From positions 480,001-544,000 of the forward strand of contig OZ219871.1 of NCBI GenBank assembly GCA_964291495.2: DNA of 64,000 nucleotides, in the 5' to 3' direction. Below the pieces are notes generated by a model that was not told the DNA's origin, searched no databases, and was given only the letters and a program-made list of their open reading frames with translations. This document shows, piece after piece, positions 38,063-48,392 of the stretch. Made by a program: the position numbers and the translations under genes. The stretch's first letter is position 1, and each line of letters opens with the position of its first letter. Source of the DNA: Dehalococcoidia bacterium. Lineage in GTDB: Bacteria; Chloroflexota; Dehalococcoidia; UBA2979.

Positions 38063-40291
38063 TCACCCCGCCTGGTCCGGGTCGCTCTGGTCGTCCCCAA
38101 GCTCGAAGTCCACATGGTGGATGGTGCCGCCGAACGGGAACGGCGAGCGGTAGAGATCGCTCACGGCGGTCTTCGAGTCCTGGCCGATGTCCAACCCCTC
38201 GATCGCAACCAGGCCGGCGAACGTCCCGGCGATGGAACCGCCGCCGACGAGGGCGCCGTCGACGTAGAGGCTCGCTTCGCCGGTCAGGTCTCCGCTCTTC
38301 TCGAACCGCATGCTCACGCTGGCGCGGCCGGGGGGCACGTCCGTTTCGGAGACGATCCGGGTGCGTCCGGGCTGGTGGTTGTACTCGAAGATCAGGCGAC
38401 CGTCCTGGATGAAGAAGCTGTAGCCCCCCGTGATCCCGCCGCGTGCCACGATCACGCCTTCGTCGTCCGCGGTCCGTCGCTCGATCGCCGCCGTAATCGT
38501 GTACGAGCGGTTACGAGTATCCGGAGCCGCGTTCGACGGGATATGAGCAATGCCCGCGTAGCAACGGAAGCGGCTCTGTTCGGCCGGGGTGCCCGGGGGC
38601 GCGGGCAGCGACAGCGTACCGTCGAGGCGGGTGTCCAGCGGCAGGATGTCGTAAAGACCGGCAGCAACCCACCAACGCTCCACCAACTCCCGGAGCTTCG
38701 GCGGGTACTCCACCGCGAGATCCTGACTCTCCGAAAAGTCCTCGTCCAGGTGGTAGAGCTCCCACTGGTCCTCTTCGAACTCCGTGGCGGGGTCGTGGTA
38801 GGCGACGGCCTTCCAGCCCTCGTGCCAGATGGCGCGATGGCCCGCCGTCTCGAAGTACTGCGTGCGCTTCCTGGTGGGTGCGCGCGGATGATCGAACGTG
38901 TACGCCATGCTGGTGCCATGGATCGGCATCTGGCGGGTTCCCTGATGCGTGGTCGGCGCCTCCAGATCGAGGAGCTCCATGATCGTCGGCGTGACATCCG
39001 TCATGTGATGGAACTGGCTGCGTGTCTCTCCGCCGTCCTTGATCCGCGCCGGCCAGCTGACGATCATCGGAACGCGGACGCCGCCCCCGTGCGTGTTGAT
39101 CTTGTAGCGCTTGAGCGGCGTGTTCCCGACCTGAGACCAGCCGTACGCCGAGAAGGAGTGGGAATCCGGCCCGCCGATCTTGTCGATGTTGGGCAGGTTC
39201 ACCGAATGATCGACCGGGATCTGGTTGTAGTTCACGAGGAACGTGCCGGTCGGCGATCCTGCCTTGGCCCCATTGTCGGACACAAGGATCGTGAGCGTGT
39301 TCTCGAGCTCGCCGATCGATTCGAGGTAGTCGAGCAGTCGTCCGATTTGCGCATCGGTGTGGTCGAGCATCGCGGCGAAGGCTTCCTGGAAGCGCGCGGA
39401 GACACGCTGGTCCTCGGCTGAGAGCTCGTCCCAGGGGAGCACGTCGTCGTTTCTGGGGGCGAGCTCGGTGCCGGTGGGGATGATCCCCATCGCCAGTTGT
39501 CGCTCGTAGACCTCCTGCCGTTCTACGTCCCACCCCCGGTCGAAGCGCCCGCGGTACTTCGCCAGCCACTCCGGAGGCGCCTGCAGCGGGGCGTGGCAGG
39601 CGCCGAACGCCAGGTAGAGGAAGAACGGCTTGCTGGGCATGAGCGAGTGCTGGTTGCGGACCATGGAGATGCTCTGGTCCACCAGATCCTCGCTCAGGTG
39701 GTAGCCCTCGCCCTCCGGCCGTGGCCGGGGATGGTTGTCCTCCGTCAGCACCGGCTCGAAGTGGTCGGTGAGGGAATCGAGGAATCCGTAGTAGCGCTCG
39801 AAGCCCTTCTGCAGCGGCCAGTTATGGAAGGGCCCAACCGCGGACGTCTCGGCGATCGGGGCCTGGTGCCACTTGCCGACCGCGAAGGTGCTGTACCCGT
39901 TGGACTGCAGCAGCTGCGCCAGGGTCGCCGCCGCGGGCGAGATCGCGCCGCGGCCGCGGGGGAAGCCCGAGTTCCAGTTCGGATTGTTGCCCATCCCGAC
40001 CGAGTGGTGGTTCCGCCCGGTCAGCAGGCTCGCCCGGGAAGCGGCGCAGACCGGCGGCACGTGGAAGTTCGTGTAGCGGACGCCCGCCTCGGCGAGCCGG
40101 TCCATGTTCGGCGTCTCGATCGCCGACCCGTAGCAGCCCAGGTGGGCGAAGCCGACGTCGTCCAGCACGATGATCAGGAAGTTCGGGCTTCCCGGCTCGG
40201 CCTCTACCGGGCGCGGCCACCACGGTATGGACTCGTGCAGGTAGCGACCGATGACGCCCTCGAACGCCGCGTCAGATCCCGCTTCTGACAT
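38063..40291 (-). CDS. Arylsulfatase (formylglycine-dependent S1 family)
   Basis: PNFLIIVLDDVG, CAASRASLLTGR, GKWH, SDNG; no signal peptide seen. Confidence 0.92.
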   Translation of the reverse strand: MSEAGSDAAFEGVIGRYLHESIPWWPRPVEAEPGSPNFLIIVLDDVGFAHLGCYGSAIETPNMDRLAEAGVRYTNFHVPPVCAASRASLLTGRNHHSVGMGNNPNWNSGFPRGRGAISPAAATLAQLLQSNGYSTFAVGKWHQAPIAETSAVGPFHNWPLQKGFERYYGFLDSLTDHFEPVLTEDNHPRPRPEGEGYHLSEDLVDQSISMVRNQHSLMPSKPFFLYLAFGACHAPLQAPPEWLAKYRGRFDRGWDVERQEVYERQLAMGIIPTGTELAPRNDDVLPWDELSAEDQRVSARFQEAFAAMLDHTDAQIGRLLDYLESIGELENTLTILVSDNGAKAGSPTGTFLVNYNQIPVDHSVNLPNIDKIGGPDSHSFSAYGWSQVGNTPLKRYKINTHGGGVRVPMIVSWPARIKDGGETRSQFHHMTDVTPTIMELLDLEAPTTHQGTRQMPIHGTSMAYTFDHPRAPTRKRTQYFETAGHRAIWHEGWKAVAYHDPATEFEEDQWELYHLDEDFSESQDLAVEYPPKLRELVERWWVAAGLYDILPLDTRLDGTLSLPAPPGTPAEQSRFRCYAGIAHIPSNAAPDTRNRSYTITAAIERRTADDEGVIVARGGITGGYSFFIQDGRLIFEYNHQPGRTRIVSETDVPPGRASVSMRFEKSGDLTGEASLYVDGALVGGGSIAGTFAGLVAIEGLDIGQDSKTAVSDLYRSPFPFGGTIHHVDFELGDDQSDPDQAG

Positions 40292-40321
40292 GCCGTAGCC
40301 CGTCCTCCCGCGCGTTCGCGA

Positions 40322-41212
40322 CTACTCCCCGCGCAGCCGCGGATCGAGGACGTCGCGCAGCGCGTCCCCGAACATGTTGAAGGCGAACACCACCAGCGTG
40401 AGCGCCATCCCGGGGAACAGCACGAGCCAGGGATTGCTCGCGAAGTAGAAGCGCGATTCCTCGCCGCCGATCATGCGCCCCCAGGAAGGCGTGGGCGGCG
40501 GGACGCCAAGGCCGAGGAAGCTGAGCGCGCCCTCCGCGAGGATGACGCTGCCGAGGCTGACGGTCGCGATCACGATCAGGGGCGAGACCACGTTCGGGAA
40601 GATGTGCCGCACGATCACGCGCGGCGTGTTGGCTCCCACAACCCTCGCCGCCTCGACGTAGGTCGACTCCTTGACCGCGAGGGTGGAGCCGCGAACCACG
40701 CGGGAGTTGGCCGCGATCATCAGCACGCCGAGTACGAGCGTGACGTTGAGCGCGCTCGGCCCCAGCACGGCGACCGCCACCAGCGCAAGCACCAGCGGCG
40801 GATAGGCCATCACGCCGTCTACCACGCGCTGGATGACCATGTCGGCCTTTCCGCCAACGTAGCCTACCCAGAGCCCGAGGATGGTGGCCGCCCCGGTGCC
40901 GATCGCGACCGCCCCGAAGCCGATGAACACGGAGAGTCGCGCGCCGACGATGATGCGGCTGAACTGATCGCGTCCGAACGCATCCGTCCCGAAGGGGTGG
41001 TCCAGCGTGGGGCCGGAGAGGCGGGGCCCGACGGAGATCGCCGACGTCTCATACGGCACGATGTACGGACCGATCGCGCCGAGCACGATGAACAGCCCCA
41101 CGACCGCGGCGCCAAAGGAGCCCAGCGGTTGCTTGCGCAGAAAGCGCCACAGATTCCGGCGCAGCGAGAGCACGCGCCCGCGCGGACGGGAGAGGCTCGC
41201 CGCAGCCGTCAT
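40322..41212 (-). CDS. ABC peptide/nickel transporter permease (DppC/OppC-like)
   Basis: HPFGTDAFGRD, YVEAARVVGA, PSWG, GDALRDVLDPR. Confidence 0.92.
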   Translation of the reverse strand: MTAAASLSRPRGRVLSLRRNLWRFLRKQPLGSFGAAVVGLFIVLGAIGPYIVPYETSAISVGPRLSGPTLDHPFGTDAFGRDQFSRIIVGARLSVFIGFGAVAIGTGAATILGLWVGYVGGKADMVIQRVVDGVMAYPPLVLALVAVAVLGPSALNVTLVLGVLMIAANSRVVRGSTLAVKESTYVEAARVVGANTPRVIVRHIFPNVVSPLIVIATVSLGSVILAEGALSFLGLGVPPPTPSWGRMIGGEESRFYFASNPWLVLFPGMALTLVVFAFNMFGDALRDVLDPRLRGE

Positions 41213-41263
41213 CGCCAGTCGCCCATCGCTCTCACCGTCCCTGCCGCCCGGCTCGTGCGCCGC

Positions 41264-42211
41264 TCATCCGTAACGGATCTGCGGGTTGAGGAACCCGTAC
41301 AGGAGGTCCACTCCCAGGTTGACGAGCATCACGAACACGCCAAAGAGGAGGACCACGCTCTGGATCATCATGAACTCGCGCTCGTGGATCGACTCCAGCA
41401 TGAGGCGCCCCAGCCCAGGCAGCCCAAAGATCGACTCGATGATCACGCTCCCGCCGAGCAGGGTGGCGACCGATAGCCCGATCACCGTGACCACGGGGAT
41501 CGCCGCGTTCCTGAAGGCGTGCCTCGTGACCACGCGGTACTCGGTCAGGCCCTTCGCGCGGGCCGTCCGCACGTAGTCCGCGCGGATCACCTCCAGCATC
41601 TCCGAACGCACCATGCGCATCACCGTGGCGCCCAGCCGGAGCGAGAGCACCAGCGCGGGCAGGAGCAGGAGCTTGATGTTCTCGATGGGCTCCTGGTCGA
41701 ACGGGACGTACGGGCGCAACGGTGTCCACCCCCACCAGATCGCCGGCAGTACGATCAGCAGCGTCGCCAGCCAGAAGTTGGGGATCGACAGCCCGCCGAT
41801 AGCGAGCGAGCGGACGGTCAGATCGATTAATGAGCCCGGCTTCAGCGCCGAGATCAGGCCCGTGGGGACGCCGAGGATCACCGCGAAGAGGATCGAGAGC
41901 ACGTCGAGTTCGACCGTGACCGGCAGCGCACGCCAGACGCGCTCCCGCACGCTCTCCTTGCTGAAGATGGAGTCGCCGAGGTCGCCCCGTACCAGCCCGC
42001 CCATCCAGTCGAGGTACTGCTCGAGCAGGGGCCGGTCGAGTCCCAGCTCGGCACGGATCTTTGTGCGATCGTCCTTCGGCACGCCAGCCTCGGCCAGCCG
42101 GTCGTCGAGGGCGTCGCCCGGCAGCAGCCGGATCGAGCCGAAGACGATCAGCGAGATGATGAACACCGTGGGCGGGACCAGGAGCACCCGCCGCATCACG
42201 TATTCGTTCAT
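41264..42211 (-). CDS. ABC peptide/nickel transporter permease (DppB/OppB-like)
   Basis: LLPGD, LGLDRPL, DYVRTARAKGL, ESIFGLPGLG. Confidence 0.92.
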   Translation of the reverse strand: MNEYVMRRVLLVPPTVFIISLIVFGSIRLLPGDALDDRLAEAGVPKDDRTKIRAELGLDRPLLEQYLDWMGGLVRGDLGDSIFSKESVRERVWRALPVTVELDVLSILFAVILGVPTGLISALKPGSLIDLTVRSLAIGGLSIPNFWLATLLIVLPAIWWGWTPLRPYVPFDQEPIENIKLLLLPALVLSLRLGATVMRMVRSEMLEVIRADYVRTARAKGLTEYRVVTRHAFRNAAIPVVTVIGLSVATLLGGSVIIESIFGLPGLGRLMLESIHEREFMMIQSVVLLFGVFVMLVNLGVDLLYGFLNPQIRYG

Positions 42212-42356
42212 GGACACACTCCGGGCGCGTACGCCGCCCGACTATACACGCGCATCGGCAGCGCCATGCCGCGCGCGAACCCGGCGCGCTGCCTGCCCTC
42301 TCTGCTATGAATGGCCCCAGCCACGGTCGAGGCTGGCACGACGGAGGAGCAGCGCC

Positions 42357-43235
42357 ATGCCCATGCCCAGCGACATCGGCGTCGTCGACACGCTGCTCGG
42401 CATCCCCACGCCCGGCCGCAAGGCCTACACCGCGTTCCGGCCGCTGCTGCGCGATCACGAGTCGCTCGAGGTCTTCGACTATCCGGTGGCGTACCAGTAC
42501 CGCAATCGGCCGGACATCCCGCAGGCCGGCAGCCTCGAGGAGATGGTCGCCTTCACGCTGGCGGAGCTGGACAAGCACGGCATCTGGCGCGCGCTCGTCG
42601 ATGTGACCGACGAGGACAGCGCCGGCCGGCGCGCCATCGAGCTGTACCCGGACCGCTTCAGCGGCACGTTCACGGTCGACCCCAACGAGGGCGTCCCGGC
42701 GCTGCGCCGGCTGGAGCAGGCGGTCGAGGAGCTGGGGGTGAAGGCGGCGAACGTGACGCCCGCCTTCGTCGTCCCGCAGGTGCCGATCAACGACAAGCGG
42801 GCCTACCCCGTCTACGCGAAGTGCGTGGAGCTGGACATCGCGGTCACGGTCACCTCGGGCGTGCCGGGCCCGCGCGTGCCGATGCAGGCGCAGGACGTGG
42901 CGCTGATCGACGAGGTCTGCTGGTTCTTCCCGGAGCTGCGCTTCGTGATGCGCCACGGCGGCGAGCCGTGGACGGCGCTGGCAGTGAAGTTGCTGCTCAA
43001 GTGGCCGAACCTCTACTACTCGACCAGCGCCTTCGCGCCTCGCCACTACCCGCGGGACATCATCGACTTTGCGAACACGCGAGGCGCGGACAAGGTGATC
43101 TACGCCGGCTACTTCCCGACGGGCCTCTCGCTCGATCGGATCTTCGAGGAGCTGGCGGATGTGCCGTTCCGCGACCGTGTCTGGCCGAAGTTCCTGCGCG
43201 AGAACGCGGTGCGCGTCTTCAAGCTCGAGGAGTAG
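42357..43235 (+). CDS. Amidohydrolase_2 family protein
   Basis: YPVYAKCVELD, RHGGEPW, WPNLYYSTSAFAP, ENAVRVF. Confidence 0.88.
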   Translation: MPMPSDIGVVDTLLGIPTPGRKAYTAFRPLLRDHESLEVFDYPVAYQYRNRPDIPQAGSLEEMVAFTLAELDKHGIWRALVDVTDEDSAGRRAIELYPDRFSGTFTVDPNEGVPALRRLEQAVEELGVKAANVTPAFVVPQVPINDKRAYPVYAKCVELDIAVTVTSGVPGPRVPMQAQDVALIDEVCWFFPELRFVMRHGGEPWTALAVKLLLKWPNLYYSTSAFAPRHYPRDIIDFANTRGADKVIYAGYFPTGLSLDRIFEELADVPFRDRVWPKFLRENAVRVFKLEE

Positions 43236-43263
43236 GCGCGCCGACTGGGTGCGCCCTCGCGGC

Positions 43264-46200
43264 TCACGCCCAGGACTTGCCTGACGGCATCGGCAGCGCG
43301 CCCGCCGGGACGATCTCCTCGAGGGCGTCCGCGATCAGCGTGCGCTGCTCGCCGGCGCGCTCGTCGAGCACGCCGCGCGTGCGCACGAAGGCCGCCGTGC
43401 GCACGATGTCGCGCCGTTCCTCGGCCAGCTCGCGCCGCACGAGGATGTTCATCAGGCCGTACTCGTCCTCCAGCAGCAGGAAGATGATCCCGCGCGCGGT
43501 GAGCGGGCGCTGGCGGCAGACCACCAGCCCCGCGACCTCCACCGTGCGCCCCGCCGGCAGCGAGTGCAGGTGGCGGCTGGAGGCGACACCCTCGCCGAGC
43601 GCGCGGCGCAGAAGCGCATCGGGTGGCGGTCGGGCGAGAGGCCGATCAGCGCGTAGTCGGCGGCCATCCGCTCGTAGGGGCCGAAGTCGGGCAGCGTCAC
43701 CATGTCCTGCACGGTCGGCAACTCGAGCCGCAGCTGGCGCCCGTCCGCCTCCGCCGAGGGCGCGCCCGTCGCTCCGGCGACGGCTCCGCCCGTGAACAGC
43801 CCGAGCTGCCAGAGCAGCTCGCGGCGCTGCAGACCGAAGCCGTCGAAGGCGCCGACCTGGATCAGCCGCGCCGCCGGCTGCCGGCCCAGCCCAGTGCGCT
43901 GCACGAAGTCGAACAGCGAGCGGTACTCGCCGGCGCGCTCGCGCTCCTCCTCGATGCGCTCGGCCCAGGCCTCGCCGAGGCCGCGCACGTAGCCGAGGCC
44001 GACGCGAATCGCGCCCGGCAGCTCGACCGTGCAGCGAGCGGCGCTGACGTTGATGTCGGGCCGCTCGACGGCGACGCCGTGGCGCTTGGCGTCGTTGGTG
44101 AGCACGTGCGGGGGGTAGAAGCCCATCGGCTGGTTGTTGAAGAGCGCGCAGAGGAACTCGGGGGCGTAGCGCTGCTTGAGCCAGCTCGACTGGTAGGCGA
44201 GCAGGGCGAAGGCGGCGCCGTGGCTCTTCGGAAAGCCGAACTCCGCGAAGCCCGCGAGGTTGCCGAAGACTTTTTCCGCCACCGCGGGCGGCACGCCGCG
44301 CTCCGCCGCACCGACGAGGAAGCGATCGCGCCAGGCCTCGAGCTCCTCGTGCGCGCGGCGGCGGCCCAGCGAACGGCGGAAGCGGTCGGCCTCGCCGGGC
44401 GTGAAGCCGCCCATGTGGCGGGCGACCTGCAGCACCTGCTCCTGGAAGATCACCACGCCCAGCGTCTCGTCCAGCACTTCGCGCACGCACTCGTGCGGCG
44501 GGGCGGGGCGGTAGCGCGGGTTGCGGCGCTGCAGCTCGCGCCGCCGCACGTAGGGGTTCACCGCGCCGCCGACGATCGGCCCCGGCCGCACGATCGAGAC
44601 CTGCACGGTGAGGTCCTCGAGGTTGCGCGGCTGCGTCCGCGGCAGCATCGCGATCTGCGCGCGGGACTCGATCTGGAAGACGCCGACGGTGTCGCCGCGG
44701 CAGATCGCGTCGTAGACCGCCTCGTCCTCGAAGTCGATGCGCGAGAGGTCGACGATGCGCCCGCGGCCGTCGGCGATCAGGTCGATCGTCTCCTCGACGA
44801 CGGAGAGCATGCCGAGCGCGAGGAAGTCGATCTTCACCATCCGCGCGTCGTCGACGGAGTCCTTGTCCCAGTGGCAGAGGTAGCGGCCCGCCATCGCCGC
44901 CGGCTGGCAGGGCACGCAATCGATCAGCGGCCCCGAGGCGATCACCATCCCCCCGGAGTGCTGCGAGAGGTGGCGCGGCACGCCCGCCAGCTGCGGCACG
45001 AGCGCGGCCAGCTCGCGCCAGCCGCGCGCCTCGGCGCGGTCGCGGAACTGCGGCGATCGCGCCAGCTCCTCGGGCAGCTGTCCGGGCCCGGCGTAGGGGC
45101 CGGACAGCCCGGCGAGACGGTCCAGCTCCGCCGGGGGCAGCCCCAGCGCCTTGCCCACGTCGCGGACCGCGCTGCGCAGCCGGTAGGTGGCGAAGGCGGC
45201 GACGAGCGCGCTGCGCTCGCGGCCCCAGCGCGCGTGGACGCGCTCGATCAGCTCGGCCCGGATGTCGCGCGGGAAGTCGAGGTCGATGTCGGGCAGCGAG
45301 TCCATCTCCTCGTTGAGGAAGCGCCCGACGAAGAGGCGGTGGCGAATCGGATCGATGTGCGAGAGCCCGATCAGGTAGCAGACCAGCGAGGAGACCGAGG
45401 AGCCGCGGCCGCGGCCGGGCGGCAGGTTGGTGACGCTGCGGGCGGCGCCGGGTCCTCGCACCTCGCGGGCCACCTCCTGCGCCAGCAGGAAGATCTCGTG
45501 GTAGATGAGGAAGAACCCGGCGAGGTCGTGCAACTCGATCAGCCGCAGCTCCTCGGCCAGCTGCGCCTCGGCCCGGGCGCGCTCGTCCGCCGAGCGGTAG
45601 CGCTCCCCCAGCAGCTCGCGGCAGATCCGCTCCAGCTCCTGCAGCGGCGTGACGCCCTCGGCCAGCGGCGGTGAGGGCAGCCGGTAGCCGAGGTCGGCGG
45701 TGAGGTCGAAGGGGCAGCGGCGCGCGATGCGCACGGTGTTCGCCGCCGCCTGCGGGTGGTAGCGCGCGAAGCGCTCCGCCTGCTCCCGCGGGCTGCGCAG
45801 CCAGAACTCGGCGTTCGGCCGGCGCTCGGCATGGCACTCGTCGAGGCTGGCGTTGTGGCGGATCGCCACCAGCACGTCCTGCAGCCGGTGCCGCTCGCGC
45901 ACGTGGTAGTGCACGTTGCCGGTGCCCACTACCTCCACGCCCGCCTGCTCCGCGAGGGCGACCAGCGCCTCGTTGCGCGGGCGGTCGCCGTGCACGTCGT
46001 TGTCCTGCAACTCGACGAAGACCCGGTCCACCCCGAACCAGCCGACGAGGCGATCGAGCGCCGCGGCCGCCTCGGCGCGCCGTCCCGCCTGCACGAGGCG
46101 AGGGATGCGGCCCTCGCGACAGCCGGTCAGCACGATCAGCCCGTCCGCGTGCCGCTCGAGGTCGGCGAGCGGCAGGACCGGGTCGAGCCGCCGGGCCTCC

Positions 46201-46709
46201 TGCGCGCGGCGCTCCGTCTCGCGTAGCCCGAAGGCATGGCTGGAGAGGCGGCAGAGGTTGGCGTAGCCCTGCCGCGTCTCCGCCAGCAGCGTGAGGTGCG
46301 AGCGCACCTCGCCGCCCTCGGCGTCCCTGTCGCCCTCCGCGGCCGGCTCGGAGACGGTCAGCTCGAGGCCGGTGATCGGCCGCAGCCCGGCCTCGCGGGC
46401 GGTGCGCGCGAACTCCATCGCGCCGAACAGGCCGTCGTGATCGGTCAGCGCCAGCGCGGTGTGGCCCTGCTCGATGGCGGTCTCCACCAGCTCCCGTGGG
46501 CTCGAGGCGCCCTCCAGCAGCGAGTAGTGGCTGTGCGCGTGCAGCTCGACGTAGGGCACGCCCTCGAGCGTGTCGCCATCGAGGGGCGCGACGGGGTCGC
46601 GCGGCGCGCGGGAGCGCGGGGTGTCCTTCTCGGCCCGCGCCTGGCGGGCCTCGAACTCGTCCCAGCGCTCCATGTAGCCGGGCTGCTGATCGCGGCGTGT
46701 GCGCGCCAC
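43264..46709 (-). pseudogene. dnaE2: Error-prone DNA polymerase DnaE2 (ImuC) with a one-base frameshift at ~43610 (real lesion or assembly error)
   Basis: PHP YVELHAHSHYS, GRGSSVSS, PDIDLD, FQIESRAQ, FGFPKSH, NNQPMGFY; OB domain (VAGLVVCRQRP..LEDEYG) continues in another frame after HPMRF. Confidence 0.88.
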
Positions 46710-46733
46710 GGCGTCACCCCCATTCGCCGCGTC

Positions 46734-46773
46734 GGCGCATGGTAACAGAACGCACGTTCTGTTACCATGCGCC
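46734..46773. promoter_or_regulatory. 40-bp palindrome containing the LexA box GAAC-GCAC-GTTC and symmetric extended -10 elements
   Basis: GGCGCATGGTAACAGAACG-CA-CGTTCTGTTACCATGCGCC; box at 46748-46759; TGTTACCAT on both strands. Confidence 0.88.
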
Positions 46774-46795
46774 AGCCTCTTGGCGGGGGTGGAAC

Positions 46796-47998
46796 ATGAG
46801 GACTCGACATCCGCGGATCGCGTGCCTGCTCGTGCCCTCGCCGGCGCTCGCCGTCGAGCTGGCGGCGCGGCCGCAGCTACAGGGCCGGCCCGTCGCCGTC
46901 AGCGACGACGCCGCGCGCCGCGTGGCCGAGGCCAGCAAGGCCGCCGCGGCGCGCGGCGTGCGTCCGGGCCAGCCGCTCAGCGAGGCGCTGGCCTGCTGCC
47001 CCACGCTCGCCGTCCTCGAGGCGCGCCCGGCGCGCGTACGGCGCGCCGCCGCGCAGCTCGTCGAGGCCGCCGCCTCGGTCAGCCCGCTGGTCGAGGCGGC
47101 GGCGCCCGGTGAGGTCTACGCCGACCTGCGCGGCCTCGAGGGGCTCTACCGGGACGAGGACGCGCTCGCGCGGGCGCTGCTGGAGGCGACGCCGGGCGGG
47201 CTCGGGACGCGGCTGGGGGTGGCGGACGGCCGCTTCACGGCGCGCGTGGCCGCCTTCGCGGCGCGGCCGGGGGCGTGGCTGCGCGTCGGCCGGGACGAGG
47301 CGCGCGCCTTCCTCGCGCCGCAGCCGACCGCGCTGCTGCCGCTGGAGGAGGCCGCACGGGAGTGGCTCGCGCTGCTCGGCGTCGCCACGCTCGGCGACCT
47401 CGCGGCGTTGCCGCGGCACGCCGTCGAGGCGCAGCTCGGGACGGCGGGCGGCCTCGCCTGGCTGGCCGCGCGCGGCGAGGATCCGACGCCCCTCGCAGCG
47501 CTGCCGCACCGCGAGCGGGTGCTGGAGCGCGCGCAGGCGGAGCCACCGCTGATCGGCCGTGAGGCGCTGCTGCACAGCTACGGGCAGCTGCTCGGGCGCG
47601 CGCTCGCCCGGCCCGTGGCGCGCGGCCGCCTCGTGCGCGCCGTCCGGCTCAGCGCCGTCACCGAGGACGAGCGGCTCTGGGAGCGCCGGCGCGTGCTGAC
47701 CGAGCCGACGGGCGACCGCTCGCGGCTGTGGACGGCGCTTCAGCCCTCGATCGAGACGGCCGAGTTCGGCGGGCCGGTGGCCGAGCTGGCGCTGGAGCTG
47801 GGCGGCCTGACCGCCGAGCGCGGCCGCCAGGTCCGGCTGCTGCGCGAGGGCGGGGCGCGACGCCGCGAGCAGCTCGACGAGATGGCCCGCCACCTGCGGC
47901 TGCGCTACGGGCGGGCGGCATTGCGCCGCGTCGTCGCCCTCGCGCCGCAGAGCCGCATCCCCGAGCGCCGCTACGCCCTCGCTGACTACGACCCGTGA
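46796..47998 (+). CDS. imuB: ImuB-like Y-family DNA polymerase homolog
   Basis: RIACLLVP, GVRPGQPLSEALACCP, SPLVE, LGVATLGDLAALP, RIPERR; SOS box; next to dnaE2. Confidence 0.85.
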   Translation: MRTRHPRIACLLVPSPALAVELAARPQLQGRPVAVSDDAARRVAEASKAAAARGVRPGQPLSEALACCPTLAVLEARPARVRRAAAQLVEAAASVSPLVEAAAPGEVYADLRGLEGLYRDEDALARALLEATPGGLGTRLGVADGRFTARVAAFAARPGAWLRVGRDEARAFLAPQPTALLPLEEAAREWLALLGVATLGDLAALPRHAVEAQLGTAGGLAWLAARGEDPTPLAALPHRERVLERAQAEPPLIGREALLHSYGQLLGRALARPVARGRLVRAVRLSAVTEDERLWERRRVLTEPTGDRSRLWTALQPSIETAEFGGPVAELALELGGLTAERGRQVRLLREGGARRREQLDEMARHLRLRYGRAALRRVVALAPQSRIPERRYALADYDP

Positions 47999-48288
47999 GC
48001 GCGCAACCGCAGCCGGCGGACGGCACTCTCACCCCGCTGGGACTGCCGCGGCCGCTCGAGGTGCAGACCGGCCCCGGCGGCGAGCCCCGTGAACTGCGGC
48101 GGCCTCGGCGCGCACCGCTCGCCGTGGAGTGCGTCCTGGAGGCGTGGCGCATCGCGGACGAGTGGTGGCGCGAGCCGCCACTCAGCCGCAGCTACTACCG
48201 CGTCGTCCTCGAGGGTGGCGGCACGCTCACGCTGTTCCACGACGAGACGCAGCCGCTAGCGCTCGGGTGGTACGAGCAGCACTACTGA
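47995..48288 (+). CDS. Small mutasome-associated protein (DUF6504-like)
   Basis: AWRIADEWWREPPLSRSYYRV, GWYEQ; GTGA overlap with imuB. Confidence 0.75.
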   Translation: MSAQPQPADGTLTPLGLPRPLEVQTGPGGEPRELRRPRRAPLAVECVLEAWRIADEWWREPPLSRSYYRVVLEGGGTLTLFHDETQPLALGWYEQHY

Positions 48289-48374
48289 GCCAGTCCTGTG
48301 CCCCTATGCGTCATCCCTGTTGCCGGAACAATCCAGCCGAGTGCGCATGTGTCACGCCAATCCGGCGTCGGTGT

Positions 48375-48392
48375 TGTATACATAGTCATACA
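48375..48392. promoter_or_regulatory. Putative MarR operator TGTAT-N8-ATACA
   Basis: TGTATACATAGTCATACA in an AT-rich patch upstream of marR. Confidence 0.5.

Noticed and set aside
43600-43625. Programmed ribosomal frameshift in dnaE2
   Set aside because: No slippery sequence or stimulatory element is visible; a simple indel is more parsimonious
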